A DNA stretch of 64,000 nt from Thermoplasmatota archaeon. GTDB lineage: Archaea; Thermoplasmatota; Penumbrarchaeia; Penumbrarchaeales; Penumbrarchaeaceae. The translations under genes and the position numbers were made by a program. This document shows positions 1-9,788 of this stretch, one piece after another. The stretch's first letter is position 1. The number at the start of each line of letters is the position of its first letter. The stretch is from contig CBDDUX010000004.1 in assembly GCA_965234725.1 (NCBI GenBank), positions 1 to 64,000 on the forward strand. The letters are read 5' to 3'. Below the pieces are notes generated by a model, which searched no databases, was not told the origin of the DNA, and was given only the letters and a program-made list of their open reading frames with translations.

Positions 1-1
1 G

Positions 2-75
2 CGGGCCTGAGGGGATTCGAACCCCTGTACAAAGCTCCGGAGGCTCCGATGATATCCAGGCTACATCACAGGCCC
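2..75 (-). tRNA. tRNA-Arg(CCG), intronless
   Basis: The reverse complement folds into a cloverleaf: acceptor GGGCCTG/CAGGCCC, anticodon arm GGAGC-CTCCGGA-GCTTT (anticodon CCG), T arm AGGGG-TTCGAAT-CCCCT, discriminator G. Base 1 could be the first C of CCA. Confidence 0.95.
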
Positions 76-251
76 ATGAACATCAGACCGATCATGCCTG
101 ATTAATTGGTTCTATCAACAGGACCCTTTTCAGGGGACCGGTACTTGATTATCCATCCGGATGAAGATGGCCGAGCCTATAAATGCTTCGAAAGGTTATC
201 ACTGGTCCAACAGAACTGGAACAGATGAGAATCCGGTTCAGGTGATTTGGA

Positions 252-560
252 TCAATGATCGATCTTCGTTCCAGTGAGGTCCGAACCCTCAAGGTTAGCT
301 CCGACCAGTAAAGCAAGAACCCGGGTCCGCTTTTTTAAGAATAGAATCTCTTAGGTCCGCTTTTGTGAGATCGGAAAAGATGAAACTTGCCCCCTCCAGA
401 TTCGCATTCCGGAACCTAGCTCCCTTTGCTTTTGTTTTTCCAAGGTTCGATCTCAATATCCACGCATCATCAAAGTCTGCTCCCTCGATCACCGCATCCC
501 AAAGATTGCAATCTATCATAGTTGCTCGATCAAGGATGGCAATTTTTATTGAGATGTATA
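252..560 (-). pseudogene. Pentapeptide-repeat protein gene with a +1 frameshift near 320
   Basis: ORF 295..597 carries A(D/N)LXX repeats (ADFDD, ARFRN, ANLEG, ADLRD). After KKAD the repeats continue in the shifted frame as VL-ALLVG-ANLEG-SDLTG-TKIDH* (stop at 252-254). The 5' end is uncertain. Confidence 0.65.
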
Positions 561-684
561 TCATTAAAGTAATTCTGATTAATATGGAATAATACATTAT
601 AATTCAAATAATAAATTGGAGAACACCAAATGGTATAAGATACAAACCTTTATTCGGTCGATCTCAATAACATCATCAGGTACA

Positions 685-1518
685 ATGGAATGGCTTGCAG
701 TATCGGACCTCCACGGAAGACCAGAACGCTATAGGAGTCTTTTCAGGGAAGTTTCCCTCAGAAATCCCCCAGCAGTTCTGATGGGTGGAGACCTTTTCCC
801 AAGGAAAGGATCAACAAAGGAATTTCTGGAAGAATACCTCTTCAATCCTATTAAGAAACTGAGGAGAGAGTGTGTCCTAACAAGGTTCATGGTCATTCTT
901 GGGAATGATGATCCGAAAGTGAATGAACCTCTTCTGACAGATGCTGATGGGCTGGGCATTATCGATTATATACCCATGAAGGCCGTGACCATCGAAGGGA
1001 TTCCAGTTGTTGGATATCCGTATATTCACCCCTCGCCGTTCCGCTTGAAGGATTGGGAGCTTTTCGATGTGTCACGGTATATCGATCCCGGATGTATCTC
1101 CCCTCTCGAAGGGATACATACAACCGATGTTGATCTATCGGAATTGAAATACAGGACCATCAAGGATGACCTGAAAAACATTTCCATTCTGAGTGATCCA
1201 AAAAGTACGGTTTTTCTCTTCCATTCACCACCATACGATACGGTCCTGGATCAAGCAGCACTTGGAGGACAGATGGTGGACAATGTTCCATTGGATCCTC
1301 ACATCGGCTCCATCGCTGTTAAGAGGTTTATAGAACAGCATCAACCACTTGTAACCCTCCACGGCCATGTTCACGAATCATTCCAACTCTCTGGTGAATT
1401 CTTCCAACGGATCGGTAGAACTATTTCCATTTCAACATGCGGTATCGAGGAAGGCCTCACATTGATAAGCTTCGATCCATTAGGAATGAAAGAACCGAAA
1501 AGAGAGGTCCTGGACTAG
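685..1518 (+). CDS. Calcineurin-like metallophosphoesterase (Icc-related)
   Basis: Motifs SDLHG, GGD, GNDD, FHSPP and HGHVHE. Start placed at ATG 685, just before the first metal-binding motif. Confidence 0.85.
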   Translation: MEWLAVSDLHGRPERYRSLFREVSLRNPPAVLMGGDLFPRKGSTKEFLEEYLFNPIKKLRRECVLTRFMVILGNDDPKVNEPLLTDADGLGIIDYIPMKAVTIEGIPVVGYPYIHPSPFRLKDWELFDVSRYIDPGCISPLEGIHTTDVDLSELKYRTIKDDLKNISILSDPKSTVFLFHSPPYDTVLDQAALGGQMVDNVPLDPHIGSIAVKRFIEQHQPLVTLHGHVHESFQLSGEFFQRIGRTISISTCGIEEGLTLISFDPLGMKEPKREVLD

Positions 1519-4500
1519 TTCTTTTTATCCGGATACCTGGTTAAGTCCAGTTTCTCGGCATTCCCGTAGAGTGCATCCAGATGGACTGCCCAGGAGGATC
1601 TATCTAGAATATCCTGGTCGGTAATCAGATGGATGTCAAGAAGTCCTCCGGTGGTTATTCCGGTCCTTTCCAGATTCTCCTGGTCCAGTTTTTTACTCCA
1701 TTCATTGAACCAGGCGATCAGGTCTTCCTTTTGCTCCGGTGTTCCCCTGAAATGTATGATCAGATCGATATCGGAAGCTGGTCCAGCGCAACATTCCTTC
1801 ACAGATCCAGTCAAATAGATATCAACTATGCCAAACCTGCCAGAATCAAGTGAGGAAAGCACCTGAATGATCCTATCATACCTCCACTTCGAATGGTCTG
1901 GAGGGGTGATATACGCCACAGCTTCATTCTTATCGCCGTCCATGTAGACCGAGAGGGTCCCTCCCTTGGAGATATCCGGTATGTGGACCAACCTGACCAC
2001 CTCACTCAGTCCCCTTGTTGATTCCACTTGGGATTCAAGGTAGTTCTCCTGGCCCATGATCAGATCCCTGTTCAGGACCGAACCTCCCTCATCCGGGTAT
2101 AGAGGAAGGTACATGATGTTCGCCTCAACCAGATCCTGGAAGAAATGGGTCCCGAACGAGAGTTCTGGCAGGTATCCTCCCTTTCTCCTGGCCACCTCAA
2201 CGAGAAGGCATGTGTTATTGATGTCCTGATACTGGACAGGAACTCCGAGCTTGATATCTCCCCTGCTTCCCCATCTTCCGGGCCCTACAAGTATGAACTT
2301 CCTCCTTGGAAGTTCCTCATTCAGTTCCCCGACCAACCTGGCCACATTGAGCATATCTTCCCTTGAGGAGAGGTTCTCATATCCTTCCGCATCAACATAT
2401 ACAACGAATTCCAGGTTTTTGAGTACCGATGATGTAACATATCTGCTGGCTGTGAACAATATCATCTCGGATGGTATGTCATGAGGAAGAGGGGTCGTCT
2501 CCAGCTTTCCGGACTCCGCCTGAGGTCTGCACTGCAGGATTATCAGGTCCGTTCCATCAGAAGCGAATTCAATGTCAACCGGATATCCCAGCTCTATCTT
2601 CAGGAGTTCCATAATGGAATTAAGGCTCCTGAGATGCGGATGATTCTCATCGAAGCCGTTGAAGGTCACGATAAGATCTTCGGAGTTTTCTATGAGAGAT
2701 GTTGCAGGTGACATCAGGCTACCATCCTTGAAGATGGAGAATATTGACCTGACAAGGGGATATTTTTCGCCATATTCATTCATTATCCGATCCACCGGGA
2801 CCGTTTCCAACCTGTTCTCCTCCAGATTGATCACATCCATGAACCTCTGGGAGTATTGAACTGCCTCATCAACCAGAGTGTTAGCTCTGAGCTGGGGTCT
2901 TTTTGGAGAAATCAAAGTCGGATAATCGTTGGAGATCCTGTCAACGGCCCGGGTTCCCAGACCCACTACCAGCCTGAGTATGCCATCCTCCCTCCTGATC
3001 CTTGGTGACCATCTGAATTCATTGTTGGAAAGAGCCACTCCGGCATATGCCGGCAGATAGAAAGGACCGATCCGCATCCCAACCACCTCCTGTATGATCA
3101 CTCCCATATACTCGAGAAGGTCCAGCATCCCCCTCTCCTTCCTGTATTGAATGGCATTTGGATTGAAAGTGGATGCCCAAACCTCTGCGATCGCATCCTC
3201 CAATGCTCTGAGCTTTTCTTCTAATGTTCCCTTGTTTGTTATAAAAAGGCTCTTATATTTTCCAGAGAAGGCCGCTCCGAAGGAATCCTCCAGATGACTG
3301 GATGATCTGATGATGAGTGGGTTCTCATTTGCCTCCCTTATGACATCCTTGAGACCGTTAACGATCTCCTGGGGGAAAACACCGTTCTTGAACATTTGCT
3401 CCAGGAAGGGTTGTTCGTTCCTTATTTCAGCGGGTTCAAGGTACTTGATATGAGCAACCTCTTCTAAGGTGTTGTAATTGATGAAATCCCTCATGGTATC
3501 GGAACTTACATACCAGGACCTGGCGAAACCTATGTTCTTAATATTGCCATTTGTCTCCATTCCCTTTCTTATTATCCTCTCTGCGAGAATTAAACCCGAG
3601 GCTTTTCCACCAAGGGTCCCGACACCTTGTGAGGGGCCAATAATGGACCCCATTAACTCCGCGAAATCCTGAACCCTGAAATATTTCTTTGCAACATTCA
3701 AGTATTCAAGTCTCGATGTTAAGAACCTTCTGATCAGGTTCGTTCTGATCGTCATCCCATCCTCGAAGGAGAGGAACCTCTCATTAATTGGAACGGACAG
3801 ATACTGATTGAGTATATCAGAGATCTCCGACTTGGATATATTCGGTTTCTCCGAAGAGAAAAGGAGTGGTCTTGTCTTCGATTGCCTGAGCCAAAGTGTG
3901 ATCAATTCAAGGATCTCTCCTGATTGGAGCGTTTGCTTTGCCAGGTCAAATACTGACTCCTCGACCCTTTCAAGAGCGGCAATATCACTTTTAGGATTGG
4001 GGATATTTATTCCGCACCAGGCGGAATCCCTGGAATCGATTGGGCAAAGACCGATCATGATCCCCTCGAAGGATACCTCCTTGTAATGTGATAGATAGTA
4101 GATCATCTTCCTTGTTATCATGAAAAGGGTGGAAGGATCGGTCTTCAGGAGAACATTAAGGATGATCCGCCACTCCTCCTCAATGGAACCGGACCCATCC
4201 TTCGATGTTGCGCTTCTGGCAGATATCTCGTTTAACATCTCCCTATACCTTTTCAACTCGATATCAGCCTGGGTCCTTTCCAGGAACCTTCCCAATCTCT
4301 GGGTGATCGAATCAAGGAGTTTCTTCTCTTCTTTCAGGAACGGGCCATGGTCCTTCTTAGGTTTTTCCCTGATATAAAAGACCTCTATCGATCCGATTAT
4401 CTTTTCTTTGACCTTGATCTCCGAGATCAGATACCATGGAGTGGAAATGAACTTCTTTGTCCTGAAGTCTTTGGCCATGTATCTCATTCTTGCACATGTG

Positions 4501-4691
4501 ATGTCAGGAAACTGGAAGGCGTCAGGGAGTACATCCGTTATCTGCTGGAATATGGAATCCAGGGAGAGAACCGGATCAGAGATTATATCCGCGACCTTGT
4601 ATAGACAATCCAGTTCTTTCATCCTCTCCTTGAGCTCAAGGACCTCATCCGTTTCTCCATTTTTCATATCCTTTTTCCGTGGCATATCCAT
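1515..4691 (-). CDS. PEP synthase/PPDK N-terminal (ATP-grasp) domain protein with N-terminal sensor-like module and C-terminal nucleotidyltransferase domain
   Basis: PPDK_N motifs LGGKASGL, IRSSSHLED..FSGKYKS, GLGTRAV and DIEFA..LQCRP. These are followed by a GPGRWGS...SFGTHFFQ domain and a Pol-beta-type GSV......SDIDL motif. SD-like GGAGGG lies upstream. Confidence 0.85.
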   Translation of the reverse strand: MDMPRKKDMKNGETDEVLELKERMKELDCLYKVADIISDPVLSLDSIFQQITDVLPDAFQFPDITCARMRYMAKDFRTKKFISTPWYLISEIKVKEKIIGSIEVFYIREKPKKDHGPFLKEEKKLLDSITQRLGRFLERTQADIELKRYREMLNEISARSATSKDGSGSIEEEWRIILNVLLKTDPSTLFMITRKMIYYLSHYKEVSFEGIMIGLCPIDSRDSAWCGINIPNPKSDIAALERVEESVFDLAKQTLQSGEILELITLWLRQSKTRPLLFSSEKPNISKSEISDILNQYLSVPINERFLSFEDGMTIRTNLIRRFLTSRLEYLNVAKKYFRVQDFAELMGSIIGPSQGVGTLGGKASGLILAERIIRKGMETNGNIKNIGFARSWYVSSDTMRDFINYNTLEEVAHIKYLEPAEIRNEQPFLEQMFKNGVFPQEIVNGLKDVIREANENPLIIRSSSHLEDSFGAAFSGKYKSLFITNKGTLEEKLRALEDAIAEVWASTFNPNAIQYRKERGMLDLLEYMGVIIQEVVGMRIGPFYLPAYAGVALSNNEFRWSPRIRREDGILRLVVGLGTRAVDRISNDYPTLISPKRPQLRANTLVDEAVQYSQRFMDVINLEENRLETVPVDRIMNEYGEKYPLVRSIFSIFKDGSLMSPATSLIENSEDLIVTFNGFDENHPHLRSLNSIMELLKIELGYPVDIEFASDGTDLIILQCRPQAESGKLETTPLPHDIPSEMILFTASRYVTSSVLKNLEFVVYVDAEGYENLSSREDMLNVARLVGELNEELPRRKFILVGPGRWGSRGDIKLGVPVQYQDINNTCLLVEVARRKGGYLPELSFGTHFFQDLVEANIMYLPLYPDEGGSVLNRDLIMGQENYLESQVESTRGLSEVVRLVHIPDISKGGTLSVYMDGDKNEAVAYITPPDHSKWRYDRIIQVLSSLDSGRFGIVDIYLTGSVKECCAGPASDIDLIIHFRGTPEQKEDLIAWFNEWSKKLDQENLERTGITTGGLLDIHLITDQDILDRSSWAVHLDALYGNAEKLDLTRYPDKKN

Positions 4692-4699
4692 CCCCCCTC

Positions 4700-7657
4700 C
4701 TATTTGTCAGTTGACCTCTGACCAATAGATATAGTCCCCTTTCCATGTTTGCCGTCGATCCTGGTTTTCAAGGGTCGATCAAGCTCAACATGGGTAAGGA
4801 ACCTGCCTTCCAAAAGCTTTCCACTATTTTTTATCAGGTCACGGTTCATGTCTTCGCTTTCTGCAACGGAAAGGGTGAAGTAGCTTCTACGCAGGGAGCT
4901 CAGGTTCTGGAAGAAATGCGATCCCTGGGAGGGATCTATCATCCTTCCTCCAACAGGTGTCTCGACTATCGTTTGGGCCCCGGATACATCAGACCAGTTC
5001 ACAGGAATCCCCATCCAGGGATCAGAGGATCCCCATCTTCCAGGCCCTACAAGTATATAGGGTCGTTTGGAATCGATCATCAGGGTATTCATCCGGGAGA
5101 CCTCTCGTGACACCTCATTTGAACTGGAGAGGTCCAGGTCCGGATCAGTAACGAAGATCAGATCACGGCAATCACTGGATATACCATGTCCAAGGACCTT
5201 GCTGGATCTCATGACCACGGTCTCGCCCTCCTCGGGTTCGATATCTATCTCTCCCGAGCCCCATCTTGCCACCATCGATCTGATCTGGAGGAGGTCTAAG
5301 GCCATCCTCCTATCCTTTTGATCGATATTTACGGTGAACTCGATCTCGACCGGACCACCAAGAGCTTTCTTGCCAATTTCCAGCAAGCATTTGACAACCT
5401 GAGGAAGGGGTAATGTCCTTTCCTTGAGGATGGGGGAAAAATCCATCACCTTCGGCCCCTCCCTAAAGGGGCCCGGATAGAACCGATCAGAAGAAGCATC
5501 GAAAGTAGAGACCAGAAGGTCGGCGGTTCCATCATTAAGGGCGGTCTCCAGGCCTTCGATCCGCAATGTTGATGTCTCCTTTGGATGAGTGCCAGGCACC
5601 CTTGATCCTAAGAAGATTCCGTAGAACTTCCTCTGAGTGGAATCCATTAATTCCTTGGCATCATTGAACAGGGAAATTGCCGGTCTGGAAGGACAGAATT
5701 TCCAACCGCCCATACCGTCCACTATCACCTTTCCGAGGCCAAGGGCGATGGAGACCGTTCCCTCCTCCCTTCCGCAACCTGGAAGGGGCCAGTAATCCTC
5801 CGATCTCGCAACACCTGAAATTGTGGGATAAAAGAGATCCCCATACTTCCTTCCTGAGACCGACTGGATAATTACCCCCATCCTCTCCTCCTCTATCCTG
5901 TTGCTGGTTGTCCTGATATAATCCCTTGCCTCCTTGAAATAGGTGGAGGCGTAGATGTATTTCACTGCTCGTGCAAGCTCGTTGAACCTCGCATCCTCCG
6001 AAGAATCGGTATTTGGGACCATCAAGGATGCGTAAACCCCTGCGAAGGGTTGAAATATTGCATCCTCAAGCAGGGAGGATGATCTGATAGAGAGGGGGCC
6101 CCTCATTGATCTGATAACGCTTCTCAAGTCTCCGGAGAGAGTGGATGGGAGGTCAGCTGAAAGGAACTTCTCTGCGATCCTTTCATCGGACATATCGATC
6201 AGTGCATCATCCAGAAGCTTGTTCTCATCCATGAATCTAGCAAAAAGGTCTGTACAGATGATGACCATTGAGGGGATACGGACCTCTATGCCATTGAAGT
6301 CCGCATCATCGGAAGAACAGATGAAACGATCCATGAAAGCAAGACCTCTGGCCTTTCCACCCATGGGACCCTTTCCGATCCGCATCACGCTAACATCTGC
6401 CGGCACCTTGTCCCGAGTATAATCCAGGATAGAACCCTTCCTGTCAAAGGACCGGACCTCCTTAATCATGTCGAGGAAGGGCCCGGCTTTGATCTCCCCA
6501 CCCCCTGAGGAATGCCTGGATAACCAGGATGCCATCTCGAACTCGCAAATAGAGTGAAGCCATGTTACAAGGTCCGATCCCTTGAAAAGACCAAGCACAT
6601 TATCCTCCTCCAGGGTGGCGATAATGTCCATCAGGGACCTCAGGTCCTTGATCGCATCTCCAGACCCATCACTCATTATTCTGGAAAGGTCTCCAGGCAG
6701 GACCAATACTGATATGAACTCATTTAATTCCCTGTCAATATTGTTCCTTCTCTTGGTCACGAACCTGATCCCATCATAGTCCACAAGGTCAAACTCATCA
6801 TCATCCGATATCATCAGGGAAGGAAAGGCCTTCAGTCGATCGAGGATACCTTGAGATGAACATTCATCCAAACCTGATATTTGTACAACTGTTCCAATTA
6901 TTCGTCTGTCTGGATCATTCAATACACGATCGATATCTTCAAACCGACGGATGATCACTGGACGGGGGAGTCTGCTGAAGATCCTCCGTCTTCTTTTTAG
7001 AGAAGGATCCGGTCCGAGGATCTGTAAAAATGCTTCATGTATCGATCCGTATATCTGCTCAACCATGCTTGATATGGCACCGATGTCATCTCCAATAACC
7101 AAGATTTCCGCAGGATTGAGGAGCGGATCAGCCAGTCTATTTCTTGATAGATCCTCCACCAATCTTACAATGGTCTCGAGAATTGTCCCGTCCCCGCTCC
7201 AGGTCATTACCATATCGAGCATGTCGCCATCCATATTTTGCATGATCCTTCTGATCTCCGGGGTGTTACTGGCAAGGAGTGCCACATTGGTACCCGGTGA
7301 TAGATCCTTGATGGTGGAAGTAAATTCCTCCAGATCCATATCCCAAGGCGGATTGAAGGGAACAACGATGTCATAACTCCTCTTCTCGATCATCTCCAAT
7401 GCCTCTCGGCCGGAGGCAGCATGTTCGATGAGGGGAATGAATCTTGACCCGGACTCTATGTATCTCTCCCTGAAATGGTCCGTCAACCTGCCCTCTTCTT
7501 CAAGAAGAAAGAGATCATAAGGTGTGGAAACCAATAAGATGTTTCTGATACTCGAATATCGGGCACAGTCCTCCGATCGAAAGGGGTGCGGAGGTGATGG
7601 ATCGATCATTGCACTTCCGTACCCCTTCCTATCGGATTCATATCCGTGGCCCTTCAT
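4700..7657 (-). CDS. Receiver-like domain fused to PEP synthase/PPDK N-terminal domain
   Basis: N-terminal REC-like fold (ILLVS...AASGREALEMI..YDIVV). PPDK_N motifs MGGKARGL, IRSSSLLED..FAGVY, GLGK and EIEF..LQIR, followed by GPGRWGS...SQGSHFFQ. Confidence 0.85.
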   Translation of the reverse strand: MKGHGYESDRKGYGSAMIDPSPPHPFRSEDCARYSSIRNILLVSTPYDLFLLEEEGRLTDHFRERYIESGSRFIPLIEHAASGREALEMIEKRSYDIVVPFNPPWDMDLEEFTSTIKDLSPGTNVALLASNTPEIRRIMQNMDGDMLDMVMTWSGDGTILETIVRLVEDLSRNRLADPLLNPAEILVIGDDIGAISSMVEQIYGSIHEAFLQILGPDPSLKRRRRIFSRLPRPVIIRRFEDIDRVLNDPDRRIIGTVVQISGLDECSSQGILDRLKAFPSLMISDDDEFDLVDYDGIRFVTKRRNNIDRELNEFISVLVLPGDLSRIMSDGSGDAIKDLRSLMDIIATLEEDNVLGLFKGSDLVTWLHSICEFEMASWLSRHSSGGGEIKAGPFLDMIKEVRSFDRKGSILDYTRDKVPADVSVMRIGKGPMGGKARGLAFMDRFICSSDDADFNGIEVRIPSMVIICTDLFARFMDENKLLDDALIDMSDERIAEKFLSADLPSTLSGDLRSVIRSMRGPLSIRSSSLLEDAIFQPFAGVYASLMVPNTDSSEDARFNELARAVKYIYASTYFKEARDYIRTTSNRIEEERMGVIIQSVSGRKYGDLFYPTISGVARSEDYWPLPGCGREEGTVSIALGLGKVIVDGMGGWKFCPSRPAISLFNDAKELMDSTQRKFYGIFLGSRVPGTHPKETSTLRIEGLETALNDGTADLLVSTFDASSDRFYPGPFREGPKVMDFSPILKERTLPLPQVVKCLLEIGKKALGGPVEIEFTVNIDQKDRRMALDLLQIRSMVARWGSGEIDIEPEEGETVVMRSSKVLGHGISSDCRDLIFVTDPDLDLSSSNEVSREVSRMNTLMIDSKRPYILVGPGRWGSSDPWMGIPVNWSDVSGAQTIVETPVGGRMIDPSQGSHFFQNLSSLRRSYFTLSVAESEDMNRDLIKNSGKLLEGRFLTHVELDRPLKTRIDGKHGKGTISIGQRSTDK

Positions 7658-7685
7658 CTTGGATTTCTCCCTCTACAGGGTATAT

Positions 7686-8972
7686 CTATATCCATCCTCT
7701 AATCTTTGCCGCCTCTGCTACCCTTGAAATTGCTATCATATAGGCCGCATCCCTCAGAGGGATATTTCTCTTCTTTGAAAGGTCCAGGACAGCATGGAAA
7801 GCTCTGGTCATTTTATCATCCAACTTCCCCAGTACCTCGTCTCTTGACCAGTAGTAGTTCATATTGCATTGCACCTGTTCAAAGTAGGAACAGGTTACAC
7901 CTCCTGCATTTGCAAGGAAGTCCGGAATGACCATCACTTTCTTTTCCCTGAGGAACAGGTCAGCTTCTGGTGTTGTAGGACCGTTGGCACCCTCAACCAT
8001 GATCTTGACCCTGTCAGATATGAACTTGACAGTCTCTCCGTTCACCTGGTTCTCAAGTGCAGCCGGGATGAGGATATCGACATTCTGTTTGATCCAGTCA
8101 TCACCCGGGAGCTTCTTGTATCCCTTCTCCTCCGCCTTGACAGGGTCCACAGTACCGAACCGGTCGGTTATCGATCTCAGTTCATCCAGATCCACACCAC
8201 TCTCCCTTAGATATGTGTAGGAGGTCCTGTCCTTCTGATCCCAGCAGGAGACGCAGATTACCTTCCCACCCATCTGGGTATAAAGCTCGATAGCATACTG
8301 AGCAACGTTACCAAAACCCTGCACAGCTGCCATGGTCCGGGATGGATCCACTTCAAGGTCCTTCAGGGCTTCTCTCAGATGGTATATCACACCGTATCCT
8401 GTTGCTTCGGTCCTTCCTAAGGATCCACCGCTGCCAACTGGTTTTCCCGTGATGAAACCGGGAAACTTACCCCCTGTGATCTTTTCGTACTCGTCGAGCA
8501 TCCAGAGCATATGCTGACCGGTTGTCATGACATCCGGAGCAGGAACATCCTGAAATGGACCCACATTCTTGACTACCTGTCTGATCCAACCTCTGCAAAT
8601 GGCCTCCTGCTCCCTCATTGACAGATCATGGGGATCACAGATGACGCCGCCCTTTCCCCCACCAAGAGGAATGTCGGCTACCGCACATTTCCATGTCATC
8701 CACATTGCAAGTGCTCTGACGGTGTCTGCTGTCTCCTGAGGGTGGAATCTAATTCCACCCTTACAAGGGCCCCTTGCATCATTGTGTTGAACGCGGAATC
8801 CTCTGAATACCTTGTAACTTCCATCGTCCATCCTTACTGGGATGTTGAAATGATATTCCCTCATTGGCTCCCTGAGAAGGGCTCTCGTCGCCTCGTCCAG
8901 TCCAAGAGAGTCAGCAATTTTATCGAACTGCTCCTGTGCCATCTTATAAGCGTTAAAAGCTTCTTTTGCCAT
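7686..8972 (-). CDS. gdhA: Glu/Leu/Phe/Val dehydrogenase (glutamate dehydrogenase)
   Basis: Motifs GPCKGGIRFHP, MTWKCA, GGGKGG, DVPAPD, GRTEATGYG, QGFGNVA and EGANGPT. Start at ATG 8972 with GAGGAG upstream. Confidence 0.93.
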   Translation of the reverse strand: MAKEAFNAYKMAQEQFDKIADSLGLDEATRALLREPMREYHFNIPVRMDDGSYKVFRGFRVQHNDARGPCKGGIRFHPQETADTVRALAMWMTWKCAVADIPLGGGKGGVICDPHDLSMREQEAICRGWIRQVVKNVGPFQDVPAPDVMTTGQHMLWMLDEYEKITGGKFPGFITGKPVGSGGSLGRTEATGYGVIYHLREALKDLEVDPSRTMAAVQGFGNVAQYAIELYTQMGGKVICVSCWDQKDRTSYTYLRESGVDLDELRSITDRFGTVDPVKAEEKGYKKLPGDDWIKQNVDILIPAALENQVNGETVKFISDRVKIMVEGANGPTTPEADLFLREKKVMVIPDFLANAGGVTCSYFEQVQCNMNYYWSRDEVLGKLDDKMTRAFHAVLDLSKKRNIPLRDAAYMIAISRVAEAAKIRGWI

Positions 8973-9426
8973 GTAAACTCCTCGATTTATCGACCCGTTG
9001 ATGGGGCCGGGATACTCCAGATATTTCGGATATATAATCGTTGTGATGATTTCAACAATTTGTACCGGATAAGAAAACATTTCATGTCAATTTGTAACAT
9101 GGATAGTATAAGACTTGCTCTCACTTTTACCCTTTAACACAAGAACTGGTCAATTCTTTGAAAAGTGCCAAATATGGATTTGACAAATGGTGTTTTTCCA
9201 TGGAATATCGAGTTATTTGTCCCAGTATTGGTCGATATAATGGCTCAAAATACTCCAGATCTCCTCCGAAATTTTGAAAGTCACATGGAATTTGAATCCA
9301 TTTGGAGGATATGGATGGTGGATGTCAATTTCATAATGATGGCAGAAAGGAAAAGGAATCCTCATCTATCGGGATTGCTGGATTTTGTACCAACTCTTGG
9401 AAGAACAGGGAATCCTGAAAACAATA

Positions 9427-9726
9427 TCACTCGGCAAGGGTGAAAAGCTGATCGTCCTCATCGACATCGAACAATCCCATCCGGGCCCCGGCATCCAACC
9501 AACCATGGGCATAGTTGACTGCACCATAAGCCAGGACATAGTTGCCGTCACCTGCAAATGCTTTTGCATCCATGAAGTATGACATGGCCATGGCCAGGAA
9601 GTCATCAGCAAGCTTTTTAAGATGGCTTCTCGGGGGTGGGGCTATCTTGACCTTCTCTATTGCCTTCTGGGTCGTGTTGATGTACTTCCTCATTCGTTCT
9701 TCTGTTATCACGGTGGTCTTATCCAT
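9427..9726 (-). CDS. DUF357 family protein
   Basis: MA.SY..DA..F...G....AYGAVNYAHGWLDAG.R.G is the archaeal DUF357 pattern. Confidence 0.85.
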   Translation of the reverse strand: MDKTTVITEERMRKYINTTQKAIEKVKIAPPPRSHLKKLADDFLAMAMSYFMDAKAFAGDGNYVLAYGAVNYAHGWLDAGARMGLFDVDEDDQLFTLAE

Positions 9727-9788
9727 GACCTTGCCCCATCTTTGAATCGTTGGGGTTGTACATAACCTTTGTTAAACAAATCTCAGCT

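Noticed and set aside
1-75. tRNA as the attachment site of an integrated element
   Set aside because: I saw no integrase and no duplicate of the tRNA 3' end in the window. Any island would lie to the left of base 1.
1515-7657. Annotation as true PEP synthase/PPDK (ppsA/ppdK)
   Set aside because: There is no C-terminal PEP/pyruvate-binding barrel and no canonical GGxTSHAA motif.
8973-9080. N-terminal extensions given by the ORF track (also for the MTase, rSAM, PurP-like, WD40 and YhbY genes)
   Set aside because: Downstream starts have an SD or TATA box and coincide with the beginning of the family domain.
9165-9443. 92-aa plus-strand ORF upstream of gdhA
   Set aside because: No recognisable motif or SD, and it lies in an AT-rich, probably regulatory region.
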